Origin: an uncultured Fidelibacterota bacterium
Lineage (GTDB): Bacteria > Fidelibacterota > Marinisomatia > Marinisomatales > UBA1611
Length of the DNA: 64,000 nucleotides
NCBI GenBank assembly: GCA_913040915.1
Contig: CAJWHW010000005.1
Location: 1 to 64,000, forward strand
Direction of reading: 5' to 3'
Shown: positions 37,655 to 47,297 of the stretch, one piece after another
Layout of the letters: the number at the start of each line of letters is the position of its first letter
Numbering within the stretch: the first letter of the stretch is position 1
Made by a program: the position numbers and the translations under genes
The notes under the pieces: model-generated
Told to the model about the DNA's origin: nothing
Database searches by the model: none
Seen by the model: only the letters and a program-made list of their open reading frames with translations

Positions 37655-40600
37655 TTTATTATTGCAAACTTTCCGATTATTTCTTCATTGTTCAGAGTAT
37701 TATTGGGGTAATTTGGCTTAACGTGAAACAAATACATCCCTGCTGCAACTTCTAAGCCTTCTTCATTAAGTAGGTCCCAATGCACCATTCCGACGTCAGG
37801 TCCTGCATTATTGTTCGAAATAATAGTTTTAACTTTAACTCCACTTGGTGTAAAAATTGTGATTTTGCATTCAGATGGTATATTTGTAAACATAATTTTT
37901 CTAGGTTGATTCAAATATGGATTGATGACTGCTTCTTCCATTGCATTCGTTCCAACATAAGGATTAGGAACAACTCTTACTTTTTTTAAATCATTATTTA
38001 AATTATCTACGTTAATTGGTTTTAAAGAATCAATGGCAAACTCAAATGTATCAGTATTCCAAAAATTTCTATTCCAGCTTATTGCATATCGTGAATCTGT
38101 TTTGGGATAATCGATACTATCTATATTGAAGAAATCCATAATAAATAATGTTCCCTGCCAACTGTTCATCGAATCAATTTGGCCAACAATTATACGATCA
38201 TTTTTTAAATCAAATTCTTGATCGAGACTCCAGGATGATCCCTGATAGTCTTGCACAACCAAATCCATCAAAGTGTAGTTACCATTATCATCTAAAATGG
38301 ATTTATTTATCACATAAAAGGGAAAAGACTGATCTAGAATTATCCTATTTGGGAACCACAACCGATTGTCAAATTCATCATAAATACCAACCGGACTTCC
38401 AACTTGGGATGTATAACTTATATCACTTGTAAAAACAATTTCGCAATCCCATGGTATAAGTTTTGACTCCCTCGATGATATGGTAATATTAAAATCACCA
38501 GAGTTAGTTGTTATCCAACCAGTATTAAGTGTATCTAATTGGGGGATGGTAGAATTTTGACCAATTTTGAGTTGCAGGCCTTCAAACACATCGGAGAAAA
38601 CAATGTTATTAAGTGACCATGTCTCTGTTGATTCATTATATAACAAGTTTGTCCCTGAATAATTAGTACGACCTGGATTTAATGCATCAATCGGACTTTC
38701 TTTATAGACTATTTGTCCTGTAGTTTTATTAAATACAGAATACCCCGGATTAGTAAAATAAATTGGTAAACTTTCTTCATTATACGAAGTATCAAAGTCA
38801 AAAGTGACCATGTACTTATTTCCAGGTTTTAATTCACTTCGAGATGCAAGGTTAGGTTCGATTTTACCCGTCCCAAGAATATTGTTATTTAATGAATCTA
38901 TACTTATTGTCGGATCAACATAACCAGCAGCATTTGCTCTCGGTGTCACAATTGCAATGTTTTTTCCAATCCCACGAATGTTGTCAAATTCATCTATATC
39001 AATAACAGTGTTATTCTCTGATGGTGCAATTCCCGGGCCAATATCGGGGGCTCCATAATCATAGGCAACTATAGCATAATAATAAGTCCTACCATTCTGA
39101 ACATTATCATCTTTAAAGTAATGCTGGATTCCAGTATTATCACCAAGATTATAAGATGCACCATTGACAAGACCATATTCAGTAAAACCACTGTATTCAT
39201 TAATTATATCACACTGGAATATGGGTTTTAAAAACATGGGCGTACCGTATCCATCAGTGATAACTTCAGAATCAGAAAAGTATTTATCTGTTGATCGAAA
39301 TAATTTATATCCTTCAAAATCATTTACATTACCTAAAAATGGGTCACGCGTTAATTTATCGGCATCATCATCCCACGTTAGCATTACGAAGCCATCTCCC
39401 GCTGAAGCTGTAAGCGTTGGTGTTTTAGGTGGCTGTGCAAACCTATAGTCTTTTTCATATATGGTTTGTACTATTTCTTTTAATTTGAATAATGCAGGTG
39501 CACTATGGCTTGATGAATTAAGTCCTTCCAATGGGTCATAGGAATGAATCTCAGCCATAGAGATCCTTTCAGTTTTTCCTCGAAATAATGGAAAGGGACC
39601 TGATGCAAATAGTTCAACTAAATTTGAAATCGTTCCGTAAAACTCCATTAATGAATCAGCAGATACTAAATCCCACATAACGTCATCATTACGAAACCAT
39701 GGGCTACCAGGAGGGGCAGGATGTTGATCAAATATAGGAAAAAGCTGAAAGGATGTTAAACCAACCATATCAGATTCTGAAACATCTGTAACGGCAAAAT
39801 TTGGTTCACATCCAATAGATTCAACATAATCTGGTCGATGATTTCCCTCGCCTTCATCAGGTCCTGTATAGTTGATTTCTAAAGGACCTACACCATCAAG
39901 ACCAACATCATCACCAGGATTTTCACCTAAATCATATATACCATTTTCATTAATATCTTCTCCGTCTTGCCAATCCTGGTCTTCATCAGCATCCCAGTGT
40001 GGCTTTAGTTCAGCTGGACTTACTTTATAAAATTCTAAAAATTTATTTATATCATCAATACCATCGTAAGGACCAACGAATGCATCTGCAATATTATCTC
40101 TTTTTTCATCGATGATACCATCATCATCGTTATCAATTCCATCATAGGCCAAGCCAGGACTCTCTAAATACGCAAATCCCATTATTCCTGGCACAAGCCC
40201 CGAGAGACCTATTCCATTTTCATCCCAAGAATAAGAAAGGTCAAGCAAATCATTGAAATAGCCTATCTCATCAGAGCCATCTCCACCTATTGCATTATCA
40301 ACCCAATATCCAAAACAAACTTCAGGTAAATCATACTCCGAAATATTTGAAATATTATATTCCCAGAATATTGCATCTCTTGCCTGTGGATTATTCCATT
40401 GAAATCCTCTAGTTTCAACTCTTAGACCTAAACCACCCCACGGGCTTCCCCCTTGTATAGATGTATTTTCATCAATTATTTTACTACTATATCTAGGAAA
40501 ATATTTGACCATATCATCATTACCTAAATACTCTAGATCATGAGCATCATTAACGACAAAATAAGTTTCTAAATCAGCATAAGTTATTCCTCGGCCAAAC

Positions 40601-41154
40601 CGTCCATTCCATTCACCTGGCCAAATAGGTCCTTCAGCTGATGGCCATCCACCATTCGGCCATGAATCTGGCAAATTACTTAAAGCTGGATATTCACTAT
40701 TTTCATTGAAATATCCAAAAACTGGGTAGAAACCCCATTCAACCTGTCCGGTAGGATCTGTGTCCATTTCTTCCCGGTAGCTGGTTTGCAAGTAATAAAG
40801 AGTATGATAATTTTGATTTTGAAGATTAACTAAATTTGTAATTGGTAATGTATCAACTGTTGTTGAATCAAGATCGTCTTCTATATACACTTTAGCGCCA
40901 ACAAGAAGACCTACTCCATCAAGCATTTTTGTACCATCTGGATTATTAGGCCATTTTGATACGTTTGGCTTAGGCCAACTCGAAAGTTCAGTAGTATTTT
41001 GATAATATAGGTATACTCTATTACCATTCATATATCCTTCTCTTTCAGCTTCAATATCCCCTGCCGGATCATCGGGCCCAGCATAATCAGTACCCTGCCC
41101 AAACTGGAATGAATTTAAATAGGTAATTAATATTAAAAGTTTTAAATATTTCAA
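37651..41154 (-). CDS. Large secreted acidic protein (1167 aa) with FN3-like segment and variant C-terminal sorting domain
   Basis: Signal peptide; DGIDNDDDGIIDE Ca-binding-like loop; DFEGYKLFRS...NGRTYYYAIVAYD; tail VRVVPNPY...FTNIP...WDLLN..G..VAAGMY...GKFAIIK. Confidence 0.75.
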   Translation of the reverse strand: MKYLKLLILITYLNSFQFGQGTDYAGPDDPAGDIEAEREGYMNGNRVYLYYQNTTELSSWPKPNVSKWPNNPDGTKMLDGVGLLVGAKVYIEDDLDSTTVDTLPITNLVNLQNQNYHTLYYLQTSYREEMDTDPTGQVEWGFYPVFGYFNENSEYPALSNLPDSWPNGGWPSAEGPIWPGEWNGRFGRGITYADLETYFVVNDAHDLEYLGNDDMVKYFPRYSSKIIDENTSIQGGSPWGGLGLRVETRGFQWNNPQARDAIFWEYNISNISEYDLPEVCFGYWVDNAIGGDGSDEIGYFNDLLDLSYSWDENGIGLSGLVPGIMGFAYLESPGLAYDGIDNDDDGIIDEKRDNIADAFVGPYDGIDDINKFLEFYKVSPAELKPHWDADEDQDWQDGEDINENGIYDLGENPGDDVGLDGVGPLEINYTGPDEGEGNHRPDYVESIGCEPNFAVTDVSESDMVGLTSFQLFPIFDQHPAPPGSPWFRNDDVMWDLVSADSLMEFYGTISNLVELFASGPFPLFRGKTERISMAEIHSYDPLEGLNSSSHSAPALFKLKEIVQTIYEKDYRFAQPPKTPTLTASAGDGFVMLTWDDDADKLTRDPFLGNVNDFEGYKLFRSTDKYFSDSEVITDGYGTPMFLKPIFQCDIINEYSGFTEYGLVNGASYNLGDNTGIQHYFKDDNVQNGRTYYYAIVAYDYGAPDIGPGIAPSENNTVIDIDEFDNIRGIGKNIAIVTPRANAAGYVDPTISIDSLNNNILGTGKIEPNLASRSELKPGNKYMVTFDFDTSYNEESLPIYFTNPGYSVFNKTTGQIVYKESPIDALNPGRTNYSGTNLLYNESTETWSLNNIVFSDVFEGLQLKIGQNSTIPQLDTLNTGWITTNSGDFNITISSRESKLIPWDCEIVFTSDISYTSQVGSPVGIYDEFDNRLWFPNRIILDQSFPFYVINKSILDDNGNYTLMDLVVQDYQGSSWSLDQEFDLKNDRIIVGQIDSMNSWQGTLFIMDFFNIDSIDYPKTDSRYAISWNRNFWNTDTFEFAIDSLKPINVDNLNNDLKKVRVVPNPYVGTNAMEEAVINPYLNQPRKIMFTNIPSECKITIFTPSGVKVKTIISNNNAGPDVGMVHWDLLNEEGLEVAAGMYLFHVKPNYPNNTLNNEEIIGKFAIIK

Positions 41155-43979
41155 AATGATATCGTTAAACCCAGTTTAAATTGGCGAGGACCTGAAAACA
41201 TGGAAGGATCTTTGTATCTATCATCGTAAGTATTGAAATTACTGCGGTGGCCCATCAGCTCTGTATTATCCACTACAGCTGTATAGGCCCGACCCGTTTC
41301 TGAACTTACACTATACTCATTATAACGATCTGTTAAATTATAAACTAGCAATTCCAGTTTAGGAGTTAAATTGAATATTGTAGGAAGAAAAATATATCCG
41401 GAAATATCAGCATGATAATTAAATGGTTTATAATCATTATTTGGATACAGGTTTAATAAGGCCAAATTACTTTCATCTTGTGGGCTAAATGTATAAGGAG
41501 TGCCGGAGTTGTAATAACCAGTTACAGAAATTCCATATCTTTCAGTGTTATAAGCGATTGTAACATTAAAAGTATGTCGCTGGTCCCAACTCATTGGTAT
41601 AAATCGAATAACCTTATCAATACTGGCGCCCTGTCTATTGAATGTTTGGGCTGGATTATCAGCATTCCCACGGGTGAACTGATAAGTATAGTTGGTCTGT
41701 AAAAATAAATTTTTTCCGCTATAATCTAATTTAAACTCAAGCCCTCTTACATTACCATAGTCCTTATTTGTATATATCCCATATTCAATTTGATTGTATG
41801 TGCTTACAGTTGCTAAGCTCAAAAGCTTATAGATATCTCTGTAATAAAGGTTGACGTCCAGTCCTAAATTTTTTGTTAATTCCTGCCAAAGTCCAATTTC
41901 ATAGCTTATTGTTTTTTGTGGATTTAGACCAAGGCTATCTGAACCAAGGTTTGCATTGCCAACCGTTGTAGAGTAATCGCTGGGTCCAATTATGGAAGAA
42001 TGATTTGTGTAAATAGAATACATGGGAGGCATCTGTAAAAAATGTCCATAACTAAAATGAAGTACTGCAATACCGCCAAGTTCGTAAGCTAAACCAAATC
42101 TTGGACTCATTTGGTATGTTATTTTTGAATCTATTGGTACGGACATTTTTGTACCATCAATAACTAAATTTCCATCCTGATCCAGCGAATCAGTACCTGA
42201 TATATTTTCTAAATAATACGTAGATTTATTGGTTGGATTTCTTCTCTGACTTGGGAAAGTAGTGTTAGCATCAAAAGAATCATAGCGTAGTCCTATATTA
42301 ATGACTATTTCATCCAATTCAAATTTATCTTGAATATATGCAGAAAATTCTTTCGGCTTTACATTATAAACATCGGCATATATTGTACTATCAGGATAAA
42401 TAATTGGCCTATAAGATTGAGACTCATATGCAGTTCCACTGTAAGCATTTCTGATAGTATGATATTTATTATTTAAAAAATAATCTGTTAGTGAAAATCC
42501 CATTTTTATACTGTGCGCATTATTTATCTGCCACGTTAAATCAGTACGTATGTTTTCTGTTACAGTTTCTCGTTGCGTGTACCCTTTATCCTGGCCACCT
42601 GTAAAAAAACCGGGTCCATAAGTAGTATAATATTTATCATGGACATAATTATAAACCGTATCCCCTTTAGAATAATTTAAGCCATGGTAGATACCGTTAT
42701 CAGATGCAATAAAATATGAATCAATATCCTTAAATACATAATTACCATAGTTATTTATGGTTCTAGAGTACTTGATATCATAAAACATTTTTTGGTTAAT
42801 TAAATGATTTAATTGAAACATAGATAATACAGAATTAGTTGCTTCATGAGGCCTACCATCTGGATTATACTTGTAAAGATGGTTATAACTTTGTGATAAA
42901 CCATTATTTATATTTGTCATAAAAGAAAATTTTATATTTCCATAATTAAATGTTAGTTTACCCATCAAAGATTCATATTCACCAGTGTTCATGGAGACGA
43001 ATAAACTATCGCCTGTATTTTCACTAGTCCAGTTAGAAGAATCTTGATCGTAATAATTGCTTAAATCCCAAGTATTAAATCTCCTTAGACCATTCAAATG
43101 TCCATTGATATTTTGGAATCGGTAGTTTATAAAATAATTAACTCTATTTTTGATGATCGGGCCGCTCATATTTAGTTTAAAATCAGTATTTGAATTCATA
43201 CCAAAAGGATCAAGACCAATAAATATTTCTTCACCATTTTTTTCATTTTTTGTTAGATAAGATGATAAACCTGTATTTATGTTTGCTTCAAATTGATTAC
43301 TACCATCCTTGGTAACGGCATTTACGACTCCACTCATGGCATTTCCGTATTCTGCATTAAAGGTACCAGTAATTACTTCCAAGTCCTTGACTGCTTCTAC
43401 TTCAAGATTTGAAACTGCAGAGACACCGCCAAATGCATCATTAACGGGGACACCATCAATTAAATAACTGACTTCATCACTTCTTCCACCGCGAAAATGG
43501 CCAGCCACTACACCTGCCTGCATGTTTACAACCGCATCCAAGTTTTCTACAGGCAATATTTCAATTTCATCCGAAGAAATATTTTTAATTGTACCTGTTT
43601 GGTCCTTTTTTCTACTGAGTTTTGTGGCATAAATCACAACTTCATTCCCTTCAATCAAGCTCTGATTCATTTTGACATCTAAAGAAGTTGTTCGATTAAC
43701 TGACACAATTACATTTTCTATGATAATTGTTTCAAATCCAATCATCATTACTTTTACTGTATAGTCACCAGGACTGATATTAATCAGGTTAAAGTAACCA
43801 TCTTCATCAGCACTAGTACCACTATAATCAGATAGTATGATTATATTTGCTCCTACTAAGGGAGTGTTATTATCCCTATTGAGGACTCTGCCTGATATTT
43901 TTCCTGTTGTCTGCGCGTTGATGCTTATAACAAAAAATAATATTCCAATAATAGCTTTAGCAATTATTCTTATTCTCAT
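41151..43979 (-). CDS. TonB-dependent receptor with carboxypeptidase-regulatory-like N-domain
   Basis: GKISGRV...PLVGANI...DG.F.L; plug HFRGGRS.EV.Y.IDG, TG.FNAEYGNAMSGVVN; SPR.G, YE.G; terminal PRQFKLGLTISF. Confidence 0.92.
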   Translation of the reverse strand: MRIRIIAKAIIGILFFVISINAQTTGKISGRVLNRDNNTPLVGANIIILSDYSGTSADEDGYFNLINISPGDYTVKVMMIGFETIIIENVIVSVNRTTSLDVKMNQSLIEGNEVVIYATKLSRKKDQTGTIKNISSDEIEILPVENLDAVVNMQAGVVAGHFRGGRSDEVSYLIDGVPVNDAFGGVSAVSNLEVEAVKDLEVITGTFNAEYGNAMSGVVNAVTKDGSNQFEANINTGLSSYLTKNEKNGEEIFIGLDPFGMNSNTDFKLNMSGPIIKNRVNYFINYRFQNINGHLNGLRRFNTWDLSNYYDQDSSNWTSENTGDSLFVSMNTGEYESLMGKLTFNYGNIKFSFMTNINNGLSQSYNHLYKYNPDGRPHEATNSVLSMFQLNHLINQKMFYDIKYSRTINNYGNYVFKDIDSYFIASDNGIYHGLNYSKGDTVYNYVHDKYYTTYGPGFFTGGQDKGYTQRETVTENIRTDLTWQINNAHSIKMGFSLTDYFLNNKYHTIRNAYSGTAYESQSYRPIIYPDSTIYADVYNVKPKEFSAYIQDKFELDEIVINIGLRYDSFDANTTFPSQRRNPTNKSTYYLENISGTDSLDQDGNLVIDGTKMSVPIDSKITYQMSPRFGLAYELGGIAVLHFSYGHFLQMPPMYSIYTNHSSIIGPSDYSTTVGNANLGSDSLGLNPQKTISYEIGLWQELTKNLGLDVNLYYRDIYKLLSLATVSTYNQIEYGIYTNKDYGNVRGLEFKLDYSGKNLFLQTNYTYQFTRGNADNPAQTFNRQGASIDKVIRFIPMSWDQRHTFNVTIAYNTERYGISVTGYYNSGTPYTFSPQDESNLALLNLYPNNDYKPFNYHADISGYIFLPTIFNLTPKLELLVYNLTDRYNEYSVSSETGRAYTAVVDNTELMGHRSNFNTYDDRYKDPSMFSGPRQFKLGLTISF

Positions 43980-44017
43980 CGAACAAATTTTTCATATCAA
44001 ATAATATACTATATTAT

Positions 44018-44064
44018 AAAAAAAACAAAAAAAAAGGGCAGATTTATTAGCCTGCCCATTTTTT
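44018..44064 (-). terminator. Rho-independent terminator between the 972-aa gene and the TonB receptor gene
   Basis: Minus strand GGGCAG-GCTAATAAAT-CTGCCC followed by T9-G-T8. Confidence 0.8.
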
Positions 44065-44071
44065 CTAGAGT

Positions 44072-46990
44072 TTACTTCAGAAAGGTTATTTTTGAAATAT
44101 CACGGCCAGTCTTACGGTCAATCACCGCAAAGTAAATACCTGACTGGAGCACTTGTCCAAAACTATCTTTCCCATCCCAACGATATAGATAATGACCAGG
44201 TTCGTGGATTTTGTTAACTATTGTTTTTACTTCTTGTCCTAAAATGTTCAAGATAGTAATAGTTATCTGTTCACTCTCCGGTAATTCGTAATATATATTA
44301 ATATATGGATTAAACGGATTCGGATAGGTTTTGTAAGAAAATGTAGATGGTAGCATCTCATCTAAGTTTTCTTCATTGCTCAATTGATCACACGTGACAC
44401 ATGCACCCCAACAAACTTCAGCCAATTCCAAGAGACCTTCTATTGCCGTAAATCCATAGTTGGCATGCTCATCAGTAGGATTAAAGTCACATGCAGAACC
44501 TAAAGGAGCTCCAGCTTGTATCCCTGAATCCCAACCATTGATGACAAATAAATATTCATAATCTGAGCCAGCCATTAAATTAGATACTGTTCCTGTATAA
44601 ACCATATCTCCATCTTCATCTGTAAGTACAGCACCCCAACCACTCCAACCATCAAAACTTCCTGTTACACAAACTTGATAACCTTCTGGAAATGTAGAAG
44701 CAACTGTTGATACATCAACAGCAAACTGAGCCGATGAACCAAGAGGCTCTGTTGGGCAACCACCATATGAAATTGCATCCAAGACCAGGACACCACTCCC
44801 GCCAGCATCTTGGATAGGTAAAAGCCTCACATACATATCATAATCAGAGTCAAATATACCGCACTCTTCCGGCACTGTCTCGTAATTATCGCCATAACCA
44901 AATAGTAAGGTATGCTCTTGGTCAGACATTAAATCATTTACTGTGCCAGTATAAACCATGTCCCCATCTTCATCTACAAGTATAGTTTGACCACCAAAGC
45001 TATCCCAATCGTTAAAAGAGCCAAAGACATATGGTGCATCAGTACCATCAAAGTCCTCTACACCACTCATATCTAAGTTAAAGGTAACATCGACCGGACC
45101 TGCAGGTGCGCAATCTAAACATCCACCAAAACAAATAGGTCCAATTGTAGTATTAGTTTCAGGGAGAGTATACATTCTGTTAATTCCCCCGCCCCAATTA
45201 TTGATATTATCACAATCTGCAGGAACATCTTCAACAAGATCACCATTCATAAACTTAAACTCAATAATAGAGCCAGATGTCATATCTGGAATGGTTATTT
45301 CATATACACCATTAGCGTCATCATCTGTCATTGGCAGAGTACCCCATGAAAACCAGCTACCATGTAGAAACACACCTGTTTCATCTACATCTTCATACTG
45401 CATATTTACAGAAAAAGTAACATCAATCAGATCAAATGCTGGGCAAAATTCATTATCCGTGCATGTACCATAGCATGCATTAATTATTGTATCATTAGTC
45501 GACGTAATCAATTCCCTATCAGACCATGTCCCTACGGCACAATCCTGGCCAGCAATATTTTCTTTCCCTGACCAGTTTGTATTTCCATCTTTGGTGTATG
45601 AATATGCAAAAGTTGTATTTTCTTGCAACTGAACCGTTTTACTAAATACTAAGTGACCATCAACACTTAGTTCAGAATTGTAAGAAAGAGCATAGTTTTC
45701 ATTACCCGGTGCCCCAAAGAAAGCGCCACCAGCCAGATAAGGTGTATCTGATTCGGTGTATGTAGGTATACCGCTCATATCTAGATTGAAAGTAACTTCA
45801 ACACACTCATGACAACTTTCATCATCGACAGTTGCATCAGAATTGTAATTACAAGCATTTGGATCCATACAGCCTGGTACAACTGCCGAGTATATGGCCT
45901 GTATATCTTCCAGCAAAAACTCACCGTAATTAGTTCCAGTTCCACTTTGTATTACTTCAATCGATAAGCCTCCAATTTGATCTAAATCAAGAACTCCATT
46001 ACCTTCGATCCCGACTGTCCAACTTGCATACGTTAAGACAAAACCTTCATTGTAAGGGCCCATAGCGGTTCCGCCAACGAGTGGAATTCTATATTCAATC
46101 CAACCATCATCCGCTACGTTGTAAAACGGACTGTTTGCTTCTCCCTCAAAGAATGAAAACCAAACTTCGGTATCATCTCTGGTCTCCCAAGTGCTTGCAT
46201 CACTGACGTCAAACAGATTAACCCTAAAGGACATAGCGTCAAGATCACTTGGTTGCGCTAGATTACGAAACTTAAATGAAAGATAGTTGAAGTCAGATAT
46301 ATCAACTGCAGCATCATAGATATGATAAACACTAGTATAACCACCCCATGCTAAATCACCAACTGTGCCCCAAGACCAGGACATAACAGGAGAATCCGAA
46401 TCCGGCGCCTGGTCAGCTGGAATTTGAACAAGTGTGCTATAATTCTGTGCACTCTCAGATTCATCTGCTTCTACCCAAAATGCGCCATCCCCTTCATCAG
46501 TCGCACTTTCAAGGGTATTAAAATCACTAAATATAAAAGATGTAACAGCATTTTCTACAACAGTCACGTTAGTTAATGTAACTGGAGCATCTAGAGTTGT
46601 TACATATAATAAAAATGAACTATATGTATTCGCTGCATCTTGTGCAGGAATTGCTACCGAGTAGGCTGTTTCTGCTGTTCCACTAACCGTTACAGTCGCA
46701 GTTTCAAATTCTGGAACATTGTTTGGATGTGGCTGATACTGAAACATGAACTTCACATCTACGTCTGTTCCAGCAGTTGCACCTGTAAAGGTAATTTCAC
46801 CACCATTCGGGAAGCTGAATGGATAGATAGTTGCATCTTCATTGGCGAAGCCTGCCCATGATTCAGATCCTGTTGGGTTTGTATATGTATTGCCATCAAC
46901 AACTGCACCACCAAATGCACCTGAAAATACGATATCTTGTCCAATCGCGAGTGTAGCCATAATTAAGAATGAAATCATATTTTTTTTCAT
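44072..46990 (-). CDS. Secreted multimodular glycan-binding-like protein with T9SS type-A-like sorting domain
   Basis: Signal peptide; two N-terminal beta-sandwich-like modules; four VTF.(L/V)DM...G.(F/W)..W...D.D.D.VY repeats; YPNPFNP...KITFLK; AGGAG SD. Confidence 0.75.
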   Translation of the reverse strand: MKKNMISFLIMATLAIGQDIVFSGAFGGAVVDGNTYTNPTGSESWAGFANEDATIYPFSFPNGGEITFTGATAGTDVDVKFMFQYQPHPNNVPEFETATVTVSGTAETAYSVAIPAQDAANTYSSFLLYVTTLDAPVTLTNVTVVENAVTSFIFSDFNTLESATDEGDGAFWVEADESESAQNYSTLVQIPADQAPDSDSPVMSWSWGTVGDLAWGGYTSVYHIYDAAVDISDFNYLSFKFRNLAQPSDLDAMSFRVNLFDVSDASTWETRDDTEVWFSFFEGEANSPFYNVADDGWIEYRIPLVGGTAMGPYNEGFVLTYASWTVGIEGNGVLDLDQIGGLSIEVIQSGTGTNYGEFLLEDIQAIYSAVVPGCMDPNACNYNSDATVDDESCHECVEVTFNLDMSGIPTYTESDTPYLAGGAFFGAPGNENYALSYNSELSVDGHLVFSKTVQLQENTTFAYSYTKDGNTNWSGKENIAGQDCAVGTWSDRELITSTNDTIINACYGTCTDNEFCPAFDLIDVTFSVNMQYEDVDETGVFLHGSWFSWGTLPMTDDDANGVYEITIPDMTSGSIIEFKFMNGDLVEDVPADCDNINNWGGGINRMYTLPETNTTIGPICFGGCLDCAPAGPVDVTFNLDMSGVEDFDGTDAPYVFGSFNDWDSFGGQTILVDEDGDMVYTGTVNDLMSDQEHTLLFGYGDNYETVPEECGIFDSDYDMYVRLLPIQDAGGSGVLVLDAISYGGCPTEPLGSSAQFAVDVSTVASTFPEGYQVCVTGSFDGWSGWGAVLTDEDGDMVYTGTVSNLMAGSDYEYLFVINGWDSGIQAGAPLGSACDFNPTDEHANYGFTAIEGLLELAEVCWGACVTCDQLSNEENLDEMLPSTFSYKTYPNPFNPYINIYYELPESEQITITILNILGQEVKTIVNKIHEPGHYLYRWDGKDSFGQVLQSGIYFAVIDRKTGRDISKITFLK
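44389..45802 (-). repeat. Four tandem ~110-aa CBM-like modules
   Basis: Modules start VEVTFNLDM, IDVTFSVNM, VDVTFNLDM, SAQFAVDV and end CYGTC, CFGGC, SYGGC, CWGAC; modules 3 and 4 share the identical DEDGDMVYTGTV. Confidence 0.8.
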
Positions 46991-47183
46991 TTTGACATCT
47001 CCTTATTATTTATTCTTTATATTTGCTTTTTTATCTTAATTGCATCATCTCTCATGAAAAATAGCCTGCGGTGTAGAACATACTGTATCATAGCTCAAAA
47101 TGGATACCATTACGAAAATTTCGATACAATTATAAACAAATGTACCAGTATTCAAAAAAAATATAAGACATAATGTAAAAATA

Positions 47184-47240
47184 TGCAAATTATTTACTAA
47201 TTATTGTAAAATTATGAAAATAATTTGCAAATTATTTGCA
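47184..47240. promoter_or_regulatory. Candidate regulator-binding palindromes in the divergent promoter
   Basis: Perfect 20-bp palindrome AAATAATTTGCAAATTATTT (47218-47237); overlapping TGCAAAT-T-ATTTGCA (47226-47240); direct copy TGCAAATTATTT at 47184-47195. Confidence 0.55.
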
Positions 47241-47297
47241 TTTAGTGGGGATAATATTTACTTTTTGGGCAATCAGTAGTAATAATAAATTTAGATT

